This document shows positions 1-11,660 of a DNA stretch of 64,000 nt, piece after piece; the stretch's first letter is position 1; each line of letters begins with the position of its first letter. Under the pieces are notes generated by a model. The model was not told the origin of the DNA. It did no database searches and saw only the letters and a list, made by a program, of their open reading frames with translations. The stretch comes from a bacterium. Its GTDB lineage: Bacteria; Hinthialibacterota; Hinthialibacteria; Hinthialibacterales; Hinthialibacteraceae. Location: assembly GCA_963663405.2 (NCBI GenBank), contig CAXXSM010000022.1:1-64000 (forward strand). The letters run 5' to 3'. The position numbers and the translations under genes are program-made.

Positions 1-2429
1 TATGGATACTATTCATGGCTTTAAGTCTAAAGGCGGCTGAGTATTACGTCTCTCCCGGCGGAGACGGCGCCAATCCAGGAACGAAGAATCAACCATTCAG
101 AACCTTGCGGCAAGCGAGAGACGCGGTTCGAACCACGCTTGCAAAAGAACTCTGTCCAATCACGGTCTATCTGCGTGAGGGCCATTATTTTCTTTCCGAA
201 ATATTAACTTTCACCCCAAACGATTCTGGAACAGACGAATCGCCTGTGATCTATACCGCGTATAAAGATGAAATTCCAATCATCAGTGGAGCCGTGTAGA
301 ATTAAATTTAAAATGGGAACCTTTCAGAGACGGTATTTTTAAGGCCAACGTTGCGAAAGTTGATTTGGTAATCGATCAACTCTTCGTGAATGGGAGACGC
401 CAGCGTATGGCTCGCTTTCCCAATTTCGATCTCCTAGCCAAATTCTTCGGCGGAACATCCGGAACCGCTATCGCCCCGGAACGAGTGAAAACTTGGTCTC
501 ATCCCGAAGGCGGGTATATGCACGCGCTCCATCAAGCGATGTGGGGTAGCAAACACTATCGGATTATAAAAGCCAGTCCGGATGGAGAACTAACGTTCCA
601 AGGCGGCTGGCAGGAAAACCGAGGCGGTGGATTCGATCCCTTTTTCCGGGGTGGATACCACCAAGAATATCTCTTTGTCGAAAACATCTTCGAAGAACTG
701 GACGCTCCGGGAGAATGGTATTTCGACTGGGAAAATAAAACACTGTACATAATACCAGAGGCGGATATTGATCTTTCAAAAGCGGAAATCATCGCGGCGG
801 GTTTGAAACAGTTAATCACCGTCAAAGGCTCGATGGAGAATCCAGTGCGGAACATCCAATTTAAAGGGATTCAATTTAAACATACCTCCCGGATTTTCAT
901 GGAACCATACGAACGGTTGCCTGCGGGGCGATTGGTCGATCGCCCGGCTTGCCGCGATCCATTTTGAAGGCGCCGAGGATTGCTCTGTTCAAGACTGCCT
1001 TTTTGAAGACTTGGGAGGAAACGGTGTAATCATCAGCCGTTACAACCGACGCGTCAATGTGACCGGATGCCGATTCACCCGGTTGGGTGAAAGCGCGATT
1101 TGTCTTGTGGGCGATCTTGGAGCCGTGCGAAGTCCTGCGATTGAATACAGCCGGACACTTCCTCAGGACGAAATCGACCTGACTCCAGGCCCTCAAACTC
1201 CCAATTATCCCGCTCGCTGTGTAATTCATAACAACCTGATTCATCGAATCGGTCTGATCGGCAAACAAGTTGCGGGTGTGTTCATCTCTATGGCGGAAGA
1301 AATCATGGTCAGCCATAATACGATTTATAACATCCCGCGAGCCGCGATCTGTATCAACGACGGTTGCTGGGGCGGGCATCTCATCGAATACAATGACGCG
1401 TTTAACACCGTGCGCGAAAGCGGCGATCATGGACCGTTCAACAGCTGGGGTCGCGACCGCTATTGGAAAACTTCCTACAACGGCGGACGCGATATCGAAC
1501 CGTTCGCCAAAGACCGGTGCCTGCTCGATAACTATAAAACCACTTATATTCGCAACAACCGCTTCGCGCACCCCGGCGGGCATTCATGGGGTATCGACCT
1601 TGATGACGGATCGAGTAACTACCACGTCTACAACAATTTATGCTTAGGCATGGGCGTTAAACTCCGTGAAGGCTTTTTCCGGCGCGTGGAAAATAATGTG
1701 ATCGTAAATGGTTTCGGCGGATTTCATGTCTGGTTTCCCGGTTGTGACGATGTGATCGCTCGAAACATCTTCGTTAGCGAAAAACCCTATCAATTCATCC
1801 GCGCCAATCCGGAATTCGTGAAGGAATTTGACTACAACCTTTTTTATTGCGACGAAGTCGCGCCAACGATCACGGGCGTGGGAGATCCGATGACGCTTGA
1901 GGAATGGAAAGAAAAAGGGTTTGACACGCATTCCCTCTTCGCCGATCCACTATTTATCGATCCCAGCAATGGAAATTATCAGGTCAAACCCGATTCCCCC
2001 GCGATAAAACTTGGATTCAAGAATTTCCCCATGAACCGCTTCGGTGTCCTGAAACCAGAGTTCCAAATCGAAGCGGCAAAAGAATCCCGCGCCTTTCAAC
2101 CCGCTCCAACCATCCAGGAAACCAGCCCTAGTTCGGAATCCTTTACCTGGATGGGAGCCAAAGTCAAAAATCTAACAACGGAAGCGGAAATGTCAGCGGC
2201 GGGAATCGGAAGAAAATCCGGCGTGTTATTCCTGGAAATCCCCCCAGAGAGCCCAGCGGCCCAAACTGGATTCCAATCGGGTGATGTCCTATTGAAAGTA
2301 GGAAGAACGGAGATTCATACCATCCGCGATCTACGACAAGCGATTAAAGAAAACGTGGGGAATATTGTTCCCGTGACTATTCATAACGCCGTCGAACGGA
2401 TAATTCAGATGAATGTCACAGAAAAGTAA
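1..2429 (+). CDS. Secreted right-handed beta-helix protein (GH141/pectin-lyase-like) with C-terminal PDZ domain; 5'-partial, split by two apparent indels
   Basis: ORFs 15-299, 365-967 and 1011-2429 join after removing an extra GT near 294-297 (…GAVELNLKWEPF…) and an extra C near 920-921 (…RLLRGDWSIARLAAIHFEG…). Motifs YYVSPGGD..NPGT..QPF.TL..A, FEELDAPGEWYFD, GIDLDDGSS; PDZ-like SPAAQTGFQSGDVL. Confidence 0.8.
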
Positions 2430-2452
2430 GAGATGATGAATGGAACGCGCAG

Positions 2453-4054
2453 TTACCAGGAACGAAGCGTCTGCGCCAATCGTTTCACATTTCGCACAAT
2501 GGGTTTGTCGGATAAATTCTCCACTTCCGCGATCCGCCAACGGATTTGCTGGACGAACCGGTCTTTGTCAGCCATTGGATTGCCATCCAGGTAGAGAGCG
2601 TTGTATAGATTCACGGCCATCTCTTTTAAAATCCCTGGATTTTCTTTTAGATATTCATCACTGGCCATTTCCATAAGGGATTCTTTAGTAAATCGTTTGC
2701 AATGCCCTAGAATATAGAGACATTCCCAAAACAGGTGGATCGGCTTTTCTTTCGCTTGATACGCGCCTTCACCGGACCGATGCTCGAATTCATCGAGCAA
2801 ACCATCCTCCTGGGCGGCTTTATACAACCGGCAATTCGAATAAAAAGCCAGCGGTCTGTTTTTCACAATCGCGCCGCAGGGGGGCAGATCACAGATCAAA
2901 TCGAGAGTCTCCAAATGATCCTCCTCTGTCTCCCAAGGATTGTTGACGATGTATTCAAACAGCGGCTGGATACCGGCGTTTTCAATTTGGAAGGCCGTTT
3001 CGATCACGCTATCCTTCGAAAAACTATGGCCATAAAGTTTTTCGAGAACGCGCCGGCTTCCGGTGGGAACCCGCATGATCAAAGACTGGAGTCCCGCCGC
3101 CTTCAATGTTTGGAAAACCTCTGGACAACCGGCGCCAGGCCGGGTATAGCCATAAAAGGGCCGCGCGATTTCCGTCGTGTACCGCCCGGCGAACGCTTCC
3201 ACCCATTCTCGATCGAAAGGGAACACTATGTCGTGAAATTCGATCCGCTCGATCGGTTGGGGTGATTCCCGGAGCCGGAGCCGCAGTTCCTCGATCACAC
3301 TATCCACAGACCGAATGCGTGTGGATGGGCTTTCCCCATGTTCCAAACTATCGTGCGCGGAACCGCAGTACGGGCAGGTGAACGGACATTCCCGGCTGGC
3401 CATGACAATCAAGTTTGTATGCAGAGAACTCCGAGGCGGATACGGCGCGGGATCAATCGCGCCTTCTGCTATTACAGTCTGATTCGCCGATTCAAAATCT
3501 GGAAACGGCAAACAATCCAGATTGGTTTCCAAATGAATCATGGGATTCCGGTGTATAATTCCACAATCGTTTGTCCAAATGCTGGGAACATTGTCCGTTT
3601 CCCCACCATTATTCATCGCATCCACAAGAAAACGAATCGGGTATTCCGCTTCGCCGATACAGACCGCGTCCGTATGTTGGATATTTTCCGCCGGATTAAA
3701 CGTCGAATCTTGTCCACCCCACAAAACAGGAACTTTCAACTCCGTTTTGATCGCTTCTGTCAGAAATCGCGCCAATCCAGACGCGGGAGAAGCAAAAAAA
3801 ACCGCCACAAGATTGGGAGATTGTTTTTTTAGAGAAGAAAGTAGAAGGTTTAATTCAACTGGAGAAGCGCAGACGCGCCCATCGTAATAGGCGCCCTCTT
3901 CCCGGTCTTCAGGCGCGGGAACATGGCCGAGACACTCATGCCCTTTGAAGAGGATCATTTGAGTACGATGCCCATCATGCCGCAGCATGGAGGACGCGTA
4001 GCGCGCATCGAGACAATATTCATCGTAAAGTGAGATAAATGAGATGTTTTGCAT
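2453..4054 (-). CDS. B12-binding domain radical SAM protein
   Basis: CPFTCPYC (CxxxCxxC); N-terminal cobalamin-binding-like region (WGG…VCIGEAEYP); paralog of the upstream gene. Confidence 0.85.
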   Translation of the reverse strand: MQNISFISLYDEYCLDARYASSMLRHDGHRTQMILFKGHECLGHVPAPEDREEGAYYDGRVCASPVELNLLLSSLKKQSPNLVAVFFASPASGLARFLTEAIKTELKVPVLWGGQDSTFNPAENIQHTDAVCIGEAEYPIRFLVDAMNNGGETDNVPSIWTNDCGIIHRNPMIHLETNLDCLPFPDFESANQTVIAEGAIDPAPYPPRSSLHTNLIVMASRECPFTCPYCGSAHDSLEHGESPSTRIRSVDSVIEELRLRLRESPQPIERIEFHDIVFPFDREWVEAFAGRYTTEIARPFYGYTRPGAGCPEVFQTLKAAGLQSLIMRVPTGSRRVLEKLYGHSFSKDSVIETAFQIENAGIQPLFEYIVNNPWETEEDHLETLDLICDLPPCGAIVKNRPLAFYSNCRLYKAAQEDGLLDEFEHRSGEGAYQAKEKPIHLFWECLYILGHCKRFTKESLMEMASDEYLKENPGILKEMAVNLYNALYLDGNPMADKDRFVQQIRWRIAEVENLSDKPIVRNVKRLAQTLRSW

Positions 4055-4097
4055 GTGTTTCCTAATTCAATCAATCGCGGTGAGAAACAGTATCCGA

Positions 4098-5690
4098 TTA
4101 CGCCACCAGACTGCGTATCTTCCGATAAGCGCGCAGGATCTTTGAATTCTCTTCCTGGGCCAGGCGTTCCCGAATCCGTTGGATAAACCGCTCTTTGTTC
4201 ACAACGGGATTGCTGTCCTGATAGGTCGCCATATAGAGCGTATCCACATAGGTCCCCAAGACTTCGGGATGAGAGCGTAAATAGGGGTCGTTCACCAATC
4301 CCATAACGTATTCTTTTGAAAATCCTTCGAAATGCCCAAGAAGATACATGTGCCGCCAGAATTCAAGGTCGGGAGTGATTTTCGCCTGCCACGCGTGAAC
4401 GCCGAAGGGGCGTTCCAATTGATCCATGATCCCTTCCTGCTCCGCGATCTTCGTCAATCGGTATCCATCGTAATACGCCATTGGATTGATCTGGATAATG
4501 CCATACCCCCGCGGCAGGTCGCAGATCAATTCAAGGGTTTCAATATTATCCGCATCGTTCATCAGCGGATTGTAACCGATGAAATCGCACAACAGTTTGA
4601 TCTCCGCGTCCATGATGTTCCGCGCGGTATGAATCGTGCGTTCTTTGGTATGCCGCCGGTTGTAATGCTGGATCAAGGTACGCTGGCTGCCCGATTGAAC
4701 ACCCATAATTAAATAATGAATTCCCGCCTCTTTCAGAATGCGGAGATTTTCCGGATCTCCCACGTTGGGATGCGTATATCCGAAAAAGGGCAGCCCGATT
4801 TCCGACGCGTATCGCGGTGAGAATTCACTCAACCATCGATTGTCCAAAGGCAGCACATCGTCATACACTTCGATCCGTTGCAGCGGCCACGGCCAATTCC
4901 GCTTGACCATGTCCAGTTCCCGGATCACATTGTCCACTGATCGGCGGCGCAAGATGTGTTCACCTTGATAGATTTTCCGGTAATGACCACTGCAGCAATA
5001 TGTACAGGAGAAAGGACAACCGCGCGTCGCCATGATCATATAATTTGATCGTAAATGGGTCACCGGCGGCAGAGAGGAAGAGAGAATCTCATTCTGGTGA
5101 ATGACGGTTTTATTCTCCACTCCATAATCGGGAAAGGGATAGGAATCCAGATCCTGAACCAGATTCATAACAGGATTTTGGTAGAGCTGACCGTCTTGCT
5201 TCACCCACATGCTTGGAATCTGGGTAATATCCTTCCCCTGATCCAGCGCGTTGACCAGTTCCCGGATGGGATACTCTCCCTCCCCGACACAAACAATATC
5301 CGTATACTGTATATTTTCTTTGACATTGACGGTCGAATCCACGCCCCCCCAAACTACCGGCGCATCAAAGACTTCTTTAATCTTTTGGGTTAAAAACCGG
5401 GCTAATCCGAAACTGATGGACGAGAACGAAAGGCCGATCAAATGTGGATCCTGGCACCGCAACGTATCCAACAAGAGTTCAACCTCTTTTGGAGACGCAT
5501 ATGTGGCCAGGCTGTAATACCCATCTTCTTCCCGCTTCTCCGGCGGGGGCACATCCGAACGTTCGATACAGGCGACTGATTTGAACAGAATTATATCGAC
5601 ATGATGCCCTTCGTTCTGTAAAACAGAGGACATATACCGAACACCCAGACAATACTCATCGTAGATCGCAACAAAAGAAACTCTTCGCAT
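4098..5690 (-). CDS. B12-binding domain radical SAM protein
   Basis: TRGCPFSCTYC, VWGG, VCVGEGEYP, GVQSGS; start placed at MRRVSF by alignment with the paralog (MQNISF). Confidence 0.88.
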   Translation of the reverse strand: MRRVSFVAIYDEYCLGVRYMSSVLQNEGHHVDIILFKSVACIERSDVPPPEKREEDGYYSLATYASPKEVELLLDTLRCQDPHLIGLSFSSISFGLARFLTQKIKEVFDAPVVWGGVDSTVNVKENIQYTDIVCVGEGEYPIRELVNALDQGKDITQIPSMWVKQDGQLYQNPVMNLVQDLDSYPFPDYGVENKTVIHQNEILSSSLPPVTHLRSNYMIMATRGCPFSCTYCCSGHYRKIYQGEHILRRRSVDNVIRELDMVKRNWPWPLQRIEVYDDVLPLDNRWLSEFSPRYASEIGLPFFGYTHPNVGDPENLRILKEAGIHYLIMGVQSGSQRTLIQHYNRRHTKERTIHTARNIMDAEIKLLCDFIGYNPLMNDADNIETLELICDLPRGYGIIQINPMAYYDGYRLTKIAEQEGIMDQLERPFGVHAWQAKITPDLEFWRHMYLLGHFEGFSKEYVMGLVNDPYLRSHPEVLGTYVDTLYMATYQDSNPVVNKERFIQRIRERLAQEENSKILRAYRKIRSLVA

Positions 5691-5919
5691 CGACACATCC
5701 AATACTAAAGACTTATTTAATCCATAAACAAAACCAAACAACGATTATATTGATCTCATACCGAACTGGAGAACCTTCACCTTCGGCGGATCGAGATATA
5801 ATTCATAGAACCGGTACATTACAGTATACTATTTTTTTATTATATTGGTTTCAACAAAACGGTCTACGCCGTGACGGAGCAAGTTTTCTGGACGTATTTA
5901 AAATTAAATCGAGGCAATC

Positions 5920-6138
5920 ATGGCATATCAAATTAATGAAGGCTGTATTCTATGCGGGATGTGTGTTGATTTTTGTCCAACCGGCGCGATTTCCGGCCAC
6001 GACGCGCCCGGCACAATTGATGGGTATCAATATGTAATCGATCCGGACGCATGCGTCGACTGCGGTGAATGCGCGGAAATCTGCCCAGCCGGGATTATCT
6101 CCGCCCCCGAAGAAGAGAACGTAACGCAAGCAGTTTGA
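5920..6138 (+). CDS. 2[4Fe-4S] ferredoxin
   Basis: CILCGMCVDFCP and CVDCGECAEICP; GAGG RBS upstream. Confidence 0.92.
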   Translation: MAYQINEGCILCGMCVDFCPTGAISGHDAPGTIDGYQYVIDPDACVDCGECAEICPAGIISAPEEENVTQAV

Positions 6139-6142
6139 AAGT

Positions 6143-6172
6143 GTAGGGTGAGTCGCGCTTTATCGACCCACC
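6143..6172 (+). repeat. GTAG-type REP-like palindrome / hairpin between convergent genes
   Basis: GTAG followed by imperfect inverted repeat GGTGAGTCG…CGACCCACC. Confidence 0.45.
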
Positions 6173-6213
6173 GGGATAAATACAAGGGTACAGTAGATTT
6201 ACACCGTTAGATC

Positions 6214-7359
6214 TCAGAACAATCCCCAATCCGAGACCGCCGTGCCGCAATCAAATGGATCCAATTCGTTCTGTGGAGAATAAGCAAATCCAGACAGGAA
6301 CATCCCAAAAATCTCATTGGGCTCTCCAATCCTGCCCTTGAGGATCACAACATCCTCCCAATCCCCACAGTCAAAATCATTCCAGCGAACATCGACTTTT
6401 CCTTCAAAGCCGGTTCCAAGGCGCTCGTTCGCTGTAAAATTCGATAAATCGGTCAAATGGTTTCCGCTGCAATTCAAATGCCCCATGGCGCTTTCAGGAT
6501 CGATAGAGATCCGCAATGAGGTGAGCTGATTGTCATCACAGCGAAACCAATTTAAATAGGTGTTTTGTGAAGCGTCCAAAGCCGTAATCTGGTTGCTGTG
6601 GCAGTCGAACAATTCCAAAATCCCATTGGTGGAGATATCGATCGCCGTCAATTGATTGTCGTAACATTGGAGATGTTCTAATGAAAAGGCCGAAAACACG
6701 TTCAATGAGGTTAGTGCATTGCTGGAACAATTGATGAAACCCAGATTGGAATTAAACGAAAAATCAAGTTCCGTCAACCGGTTGCTGTGACAATCAATGT
6801 AGACCAAAGCGGTGTTCCTCGATGTATCCAAAACCGGCAGAAGATTGTTGAAACAGTAGATATACTCCAAAACTAGATTACTGCTGTTATCCAGAACCGT
6901 CAGTTGATTGCTCGTACAATCAAGAAACCGCAGCGCAGGATTGTGGGAAAGATCGAGTTCGGTCAGATGATTGTTGTCACAATCGAAATACTCCAAATAG
7001 GGATTCATTGACAGATCAATTTCCGTCAGATCGTTTTGATAGCATTTCAAGGTTTTCAAAGCGGTGTTTTGGGAGACATCCAACTCCGTCAGATAATTTT
7101 CGCCACAGTGAAGTTCCGTTAAGCTCATAAAATACTCGATCCCCGTCAGATCGTGAATCTCTTTCCGGCGGCAATCCAGAGCCTTTGTCGCAGACGCCGC
7201 CTCCTCCGCGGTAAACTCTCCTTGTCCGCCCACCCCCATATATTGACCTACGATCTTCCGGAATTGATCGTCAGGAAAGTTTTCAGCGGTATGAATATTC
7301 TGCGCAACCGAATGGGCGCAAACCAAAAACAGTGGGATAAATAGTAAGAATAATTTCAA
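6214..7359 (-). CDS. Secreted leucine-rich-repeat protein
   Basis: Signal peptide, NFPD..FR cap, 21-aa LxxLxCxxNxLTxLDxSxN repeats, C-terminus TAVSDWGLF; TTG start. Confidence 0.88.
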   Translation of the reverse strand: MKLFLLFIPLFLVCAHSVAQNIHTAENFPDDQFRKIVGQYMGVGGQGEFTAEEAASATKALDCRRKEIHDLTGIEYFMSLTELHCGENYLTELDVSQNTALKTLKCYQNDLTEIDLSMNPYLEYFDCDNNHLTELDLSHNPALRFLDCTSNQLTVLDNSSNLVLEYIYCFNNLLPVLDTSRNTALVYIDCHSNRLTELDFSFNSNLGFINCSSNALTSLNVFSAFSLEHLQCYDNQLTAIDISTNGILELFDCHSNQITALDASQNTYLNWFRCDDNQLTSLRISIDPESAMGHLNCSGNHLTDLSNFTANERLGTGFEGKVDVRWNDFDCGDWEDVVILKGRIGEPNEIFGMFLSGFAYSPQNELDPFDCGTAVSDWGLF

Positions 7360-7599
7360 TGTTAATACCCCTTTACAGAGTTACTCTATAACAATCATCT
7401 AACAAAGCGAAACACACCATACGCAGAACAAATGAATCGATAGTATTACATCGTTCCCAGCATAAGTAAATATCAAAGGAGGTTTTTACGGTAAACGCCC
7501 CTTGGGAATTTGATTTTATGAGATATAATTTTTTTCTGTTTTGTCTCCACTACACAATAACAATTTTTAGCCGAATTGTCTCACGGAGGAATATAAAAA

Positions 7600-7785
7600 A
7601 TGGCGCGCGAATGTGAAATTTGTGGAAAAGGACCGGCGGTAGGTAACAATGTCAGCCATGCGCACAACAAAACGAAACGGCGTTTTCTCCCCAACTTACA
7701 ACCGGTCACGATTCATATAAATGGCAGGAAAGAGAGAAAACTGGCGTGTACACGATGTATTCGTTCCGGGAAATATCTCGAATAG
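7600..7785 (+). CDS. rpmB: 50S ribosomal protein L28 (Cys-containing form)
   Basis: [34 protein letters not shown]…CTRCIRSGK; GGAGG RBS. Confidence 0.97.
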   Translation: MARECEICGKGPAVGNNVSHAHNKTKRRFLPNLQPVTIHINGRKERKLACTRCIRSGKYLE

Positions 7786-7932
7786 AATGGGAATTATCCA
7801 ATTTAGGCTGTTCTCTTCCCACGCGGGAATCCCGCTTCTATTCTCTTTCCCAACGGCTTGACACCGCCGCTCCCGCCGCTTAGACTCCAACCGCTTGTTG
7901 AATACCCGATACTCTCAATGTTGGAATTGCAA

Positions 7933-9459
7933 ATGGCGGAAACATTTACGTACGATCTCATCTCCTTTCTTCGCGTTTTGTACCGGCGCCGGTTTTTTAT
8001 TTTAAAGGGAACCGCGGTGGTTACAGTGTTGGTTGTCATCGCGTCGTTGGTTTGGCCGCAAACTTGGCGGGCTGACGCGCGGATTCTGGTTTCAACCCCA
8101 AAATTCAAGGAAAACCTTCAACTGGTTCCCAAACCATTCGATGTGATCGCCTACCAAGGAATCCTGAATGCGGACAGCCTTAAAGGAGAGATCATTACCA
8201 CACTCAAATGGCTGCGGGAAGCCACGCAGGATCTCCAAAGCGAATCGAAAATACAACGGCTGCGCTCCAACTTGGGAGCGAAAGGCGAAACGCTCTCCGC
8301 CTGCCAGCTGATCCAAAACACCACCCGCTCAATCCTCTCGGAATTATTGGTTCCAGAACTGGAACGGGAAAACGAATGGTGGAAAACCCGTATCGTGATT
8401 CTTAGCCAGCTCAGCGCGGAAGAATTGGAATCGGCCCAGAAGTTGGATCCATACCAACTGGATGACCTGACCGTCTTTGATCTTCGTAAAATGCTCAGTT
8501 CCCAAGTCGATAAGGTCATCGAAACGAACCTGGAGACAGTCTATTCTCCCTTGATCCGCTTTTCCGGCGAATTCGACACGGCGGTGAAAGCCAAACTTTT
8601 GACCAACTTATGGCTGGATCTCTTCCTCGCCAAAGCGGAACGAACCGTCCACGACAAAATCACCAGCGAAATCCGTTCCAAAAAACGGCGCGCGGCTGAA
8701 TTAGAGATTCAATTAGCGTCCGCTGAAGTGGAACGAACGGAATACAAAAACCAAGCCCAGCTCAACCTTCTGCGCTCCGAAGCCGCGTCCAAGCAGATTC
8801 TCCTCTACGGCGTCGAGGAATTACGAAGCGTAGAAAACAGCACGGAAGAAGCGTTCGATCTCGAAGAGGAATCCAGCAAACCGTGGTTTATGAAGGAAAA
8901 ACGGAAACAGTTCGATCGTTTAACCTACACAGTCTCTCCTAATTATGAAAACGCGTTGCTGCCTAAATATCAGCGTTTAATAATGGAGGAATCGTTCCTC
9001 AAAGAACGATTGCGCTCCTTAAATGGGCAGGAGAGCCCAGAAGTTGAAGAGTATCATAATAAACTTAAGGATGTGCAGGCGGAACTCGCCGCGGCTAAAG
9101 CGCAAATCGATCAAATTTCCGGTGAGATTACAACGACGATACAAACCATCCGGGATCATGAAGTGAAACTCGCCGCTCTGGAACGGAAAATTCAGCAATG
9201 CCAGAGTTATCTCTCCTCACTCCAGCCGCTTCTCGATGAGGCGGCATTATTGGAGAGCGGCGAGAAAGAGTCCCGCTACGCCGATGTCAGCGCGGACCGC
9301 GCCATCAAACCCGACAAACGGGTCTTTCCAAAGCGGTCGATCATGGTTCTGGCCGGCGCGGCGCTCGCGTTCTTCTTCTTCGTTGGCCTCGCATTCTTCG
9401 CCGATATTTGGAACGAGATAACAAAACCGGAAGAAACTACAGCCGCTCAAGCTGAATGA
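7933..9459 (+). CDS. Wzz/GumC-like polysaccharide chain-length (co-polymerase) protein
   Basis: N-terminal DLISFLRVLYRRR + TM, long coiled coil, C-terminal A..PDKRVFPKR + TM; start placed at MAETF. Confidence 0.75.
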   Translation: MAETFTYDLISFLRVLYRRRFFILKGTAVVTVLVVIASLVWPQTWRADARILVSTPKFKENLQLVPKPFDVIAYQGILNADSLKGEIITTLKWLREATQDLQSESKIQRLRSNLGAKGETLSACQLIQNTTRSILSELLVPELERENEWWKTRIVILSQLSAEELESAQKLDPYQLDDLTVFDLRKMLSSQVDKVIETNLETVYSPLIRFSGEFDTAVKAKLLTNLWLDLFLAKAERTVHDKITSEIRSKKRRAAELEIQLASAEVERTEYKNQAQLNLLRSEAASKQILLYGVEELRSVENSTEEAFDLEEESSKPWFMKEKRKQFDRLTYTVSPNYENALLPKYQRLIMEESFLKERLRSLNGQESPEVEEYHNKLKDVQAELAAAKAQIDQISGEITTTIQTIRDHEVKLAALERKIQQCQSYLSSLQPLLDEAALLESGEKESRYADVSADRAIKPDKRVFPKRSIMVLAGAALAFFFFVGLAFFADIWNEITKPEETTAAQAE

Positions 9460-9463
9460 ACCC

Positions 9464-10931
9464 GTGAACCGGTCTCTCTCCATTCATCTCTGCGGCGGCG
9501 CCGCCGCCCTTGGCTTTGCCTTTCTCTCCTGCTTTTCATTTATCATTGATCCTACGGCGGCGCCGGGAGAAGTTTTCACCTTGCTGGCGATTCTCGCGGG
9601 GATCTCGCTCGCTTATGGATACGCTGTATGGTGTATAGTAAAAAAACGCGCATCGATCCACCTCCACTCGGTTCTTTTATGGGCGGCGCTGTTCCGATTG
9701 TTGCTTGTCCCCAGCCTGCCCATCCTCGAAACGGATTGGAACCGCTATCTCTGGGATGGTTTTGTTTTAACACACGGCGTAAACCCGTATAAATATCCAC
9801 CAGCTCAGTTTATCGATCCGTATCGAGACCAGACGCTCTCAGAAAAAGAACGGGGAGGAAGTCCAATCGATCCGGCGGTATTTGGAAACCTATAAACACG
9901 GCTGGACGATTCTCCACGATGTCAACAACGCGGAAATCAATACGATCTACCCGCCTTTTGTTCAACTCCTATTCTCTGCGTCCTCGTTCTGTTTTCCATT
10001 CTCATTGTACGCCTGGCGGGTGGTGATCCTTGCTTTCGATCTAGTATTAATCCTATGCCTAATATGGCTTCTCCAATATTTTCAGCGCGATCCAGCCTTC
10101 GTGATTGTATATGCATGGTCCCCTTTGATCTTGAAGGAATATATCAATACGCTGCATTTCGATGGCGCCGCAATCTCACTTCTTTTCCTGGCCATCGTTC
10201 TCTCTTTACGATCAAGGATAGTACCATCCGCCCTCGTATTCGCTTTTTCGATACAAACCAAGTTAATTCCAGCCTTTCCATTATTTTTCTGGATCAAAAA
10301 GCTATCATGGAAGGGATTTGTAATAACTTTCGTTACCTGTGTTCTTCTTTTTTTCCCTTTTCTCTTCACCAGCGCTCCACATGGCCTTTCCGGTATGGCG
10401 GTGTTTAGCAATATGTGGGAAAGCAACAGCAGTCTCATCGCCTTTTCTGAAAACATTTACGAATCAATCGGCCTTCCCTCCTGGGGTGAAGGCCCGATCC
10501 TTTTCACACTTTCGGGAACAGATTTTTCCTTCGACGCGTTTTTTGCGGCTAAGATCACTGGATTCTTGATATTTATACTTGTCTTTATCTATTTATTAAT
10601 TACGCTATCGAGAACGAAAGAAGGCGTAGACGAAATGCGGCTTCGTTGTACGTTTGTCTGCATCGCCGTCATTCTCCTCTGCAGCCCGGTCTGTAATCCC
10701 TGGTACATCGCCTGGATCATCCCTTTTCTTTGTTTCTTTCCCCGGATCTCGTGGTTCTACCTTAGTATTTCCTGTTTCATCTACTACACTTTTTTTATTC
10801 CCAATCCAAAAGGATATCCACCTTGGAGCCGGGCTCTGGAATATATTCCCTTTTACGTGCTATGGTGTTGGGAACTCGGTTGGTGGAAACAGAAATATTC
10901 ACCGAAAACAATGGAGGATTGTAATGGTTAA
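9464..10931 (+). CDS. GT-C fold (GT87/DUF2029-like) membrane glycosyltransferase; one apparent indel
   Basis: DWNRYLWDG…GVNPYKYPP and TIYPP, YAWSPL, NPWY motifs on two ORFs that join if one G is removed from the G run near 9852-9855. Confidence 0.72.
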
Positions 10932-11616
10932 GCATATAGGAATCGCCGCATGCAGCGCGGAAGGCGCCGCGCTCTGTTATCGAACCATCTGCCTGGAAGC
11001 GCTGAAAAAGATGGGATCCCACGCGCATCCAGAAATTACGATGCACACACATCCCTTAAGCGAATATATGCGGTTTATCGATCCCGGCGACTGGGAGGGA
11101 GTCGCGGAACTGATGCTCTCTTCCACCCGGAAATTGGAATTGGCGGGCGCGGAGTTTGTCATCTGCCCCGATAACACTATTCATGAAGCGTTTGAGATCG
11201 TGATGGATATATCCCCCCTTCCCTGGCTGCACATTGCGGAAGTCGTGACTTTCGAAGCGGCCCGCCGGAAATTTCAACATCTCGCTGTATTAGGCACACG
11301 GTATTTGATGGAAGGACCGGTTTATCCAGATAAACTAAAACAAGCCGGAATCGATTATTCGATCCCAAACGCCGCCGAACGCGAGAAGATCAATTCCATC
11401 ATTTTTGGTGAACTGACCAACGCCCGGATCAAGGAACCTTCGCTGCATGCCGCCGTCCGGATCATCGACCGTCTCAAAGAAGAAGGCTGTGACGCCGTCA
11501 TTCTCGGCTGTACCGAACTGCCTTTACTGCTAAACGATGATAATTCTCCACTGCCCACACTCGATTCCACCCGCCTGCTGGCCAAAGCGGCCCTCAATTT
11601 CTCTTTGGGGGAATAA
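10924..11616 (+). CDS. Aspartate/glutamate racemase family protein
   Basis: ICPDNTIH, LGTRYLME, ILGCTELP; start MVKHIGI overlaps the upstream stop. Confidence 0.88.
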   Translation: MVKHIGIAACSAEGAALCYRTICLEALKKMGSHAHPEITMHTHPLSEYMRFIDPGDWEGVAELMLSSTRKLELAGAEFVICPDNTIHEAFEIVMDISPLPWLHIAEVVTFEAARRKFQHLAVLGTRYLMEGPVYPDKLKQAGIDYSIPNAAEREKINSIIFGELTNARIKEPSLHAAVRIIDRLKEEGCDAVILGCTELPLLLNDDNSPLPTLDSTRLLAKAALNFSLGE

Positions 11617-11639
11617 TGGAGCGCGGGCGTCTCACCCGC
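11617..11639 (+). repeat. REP-like element TGGAGCGCGGGCGTCTCACCCGC; inverted copy at 31138-31159
   Basis: Short GC-rich palindrome just after a stop codon, with a near-identical reverse copy downstream of tRNA-Sec. Confidence 0.55.
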
Positions 11640-11660
11640 AAAAAAATAGGAACAAATCGA

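Noticed and set aside
1-2429. Programmed frameshifts or true pseudogenes in the split genes (also 9464-10931 and 51591-53646)
   Set aside because: Each is a 1-2 nt indel in a short run or dinucleotide with intact flanking coding; the pattern fits long-read consensus errors.
2735-3887. Many 60-230 aa antisense or alternate-frame ORFs across the window
   Set aside because: They are shadows of well-supported genes, with no recognisable motifs.
6136-6210. Ferredoxin TGA followed by AAG TGT and a hairpin
   Set aside because: Both cluster motifs are already complete; the hairpin looks like a GTAG REP/terminator and differs from the SECIS pattern.
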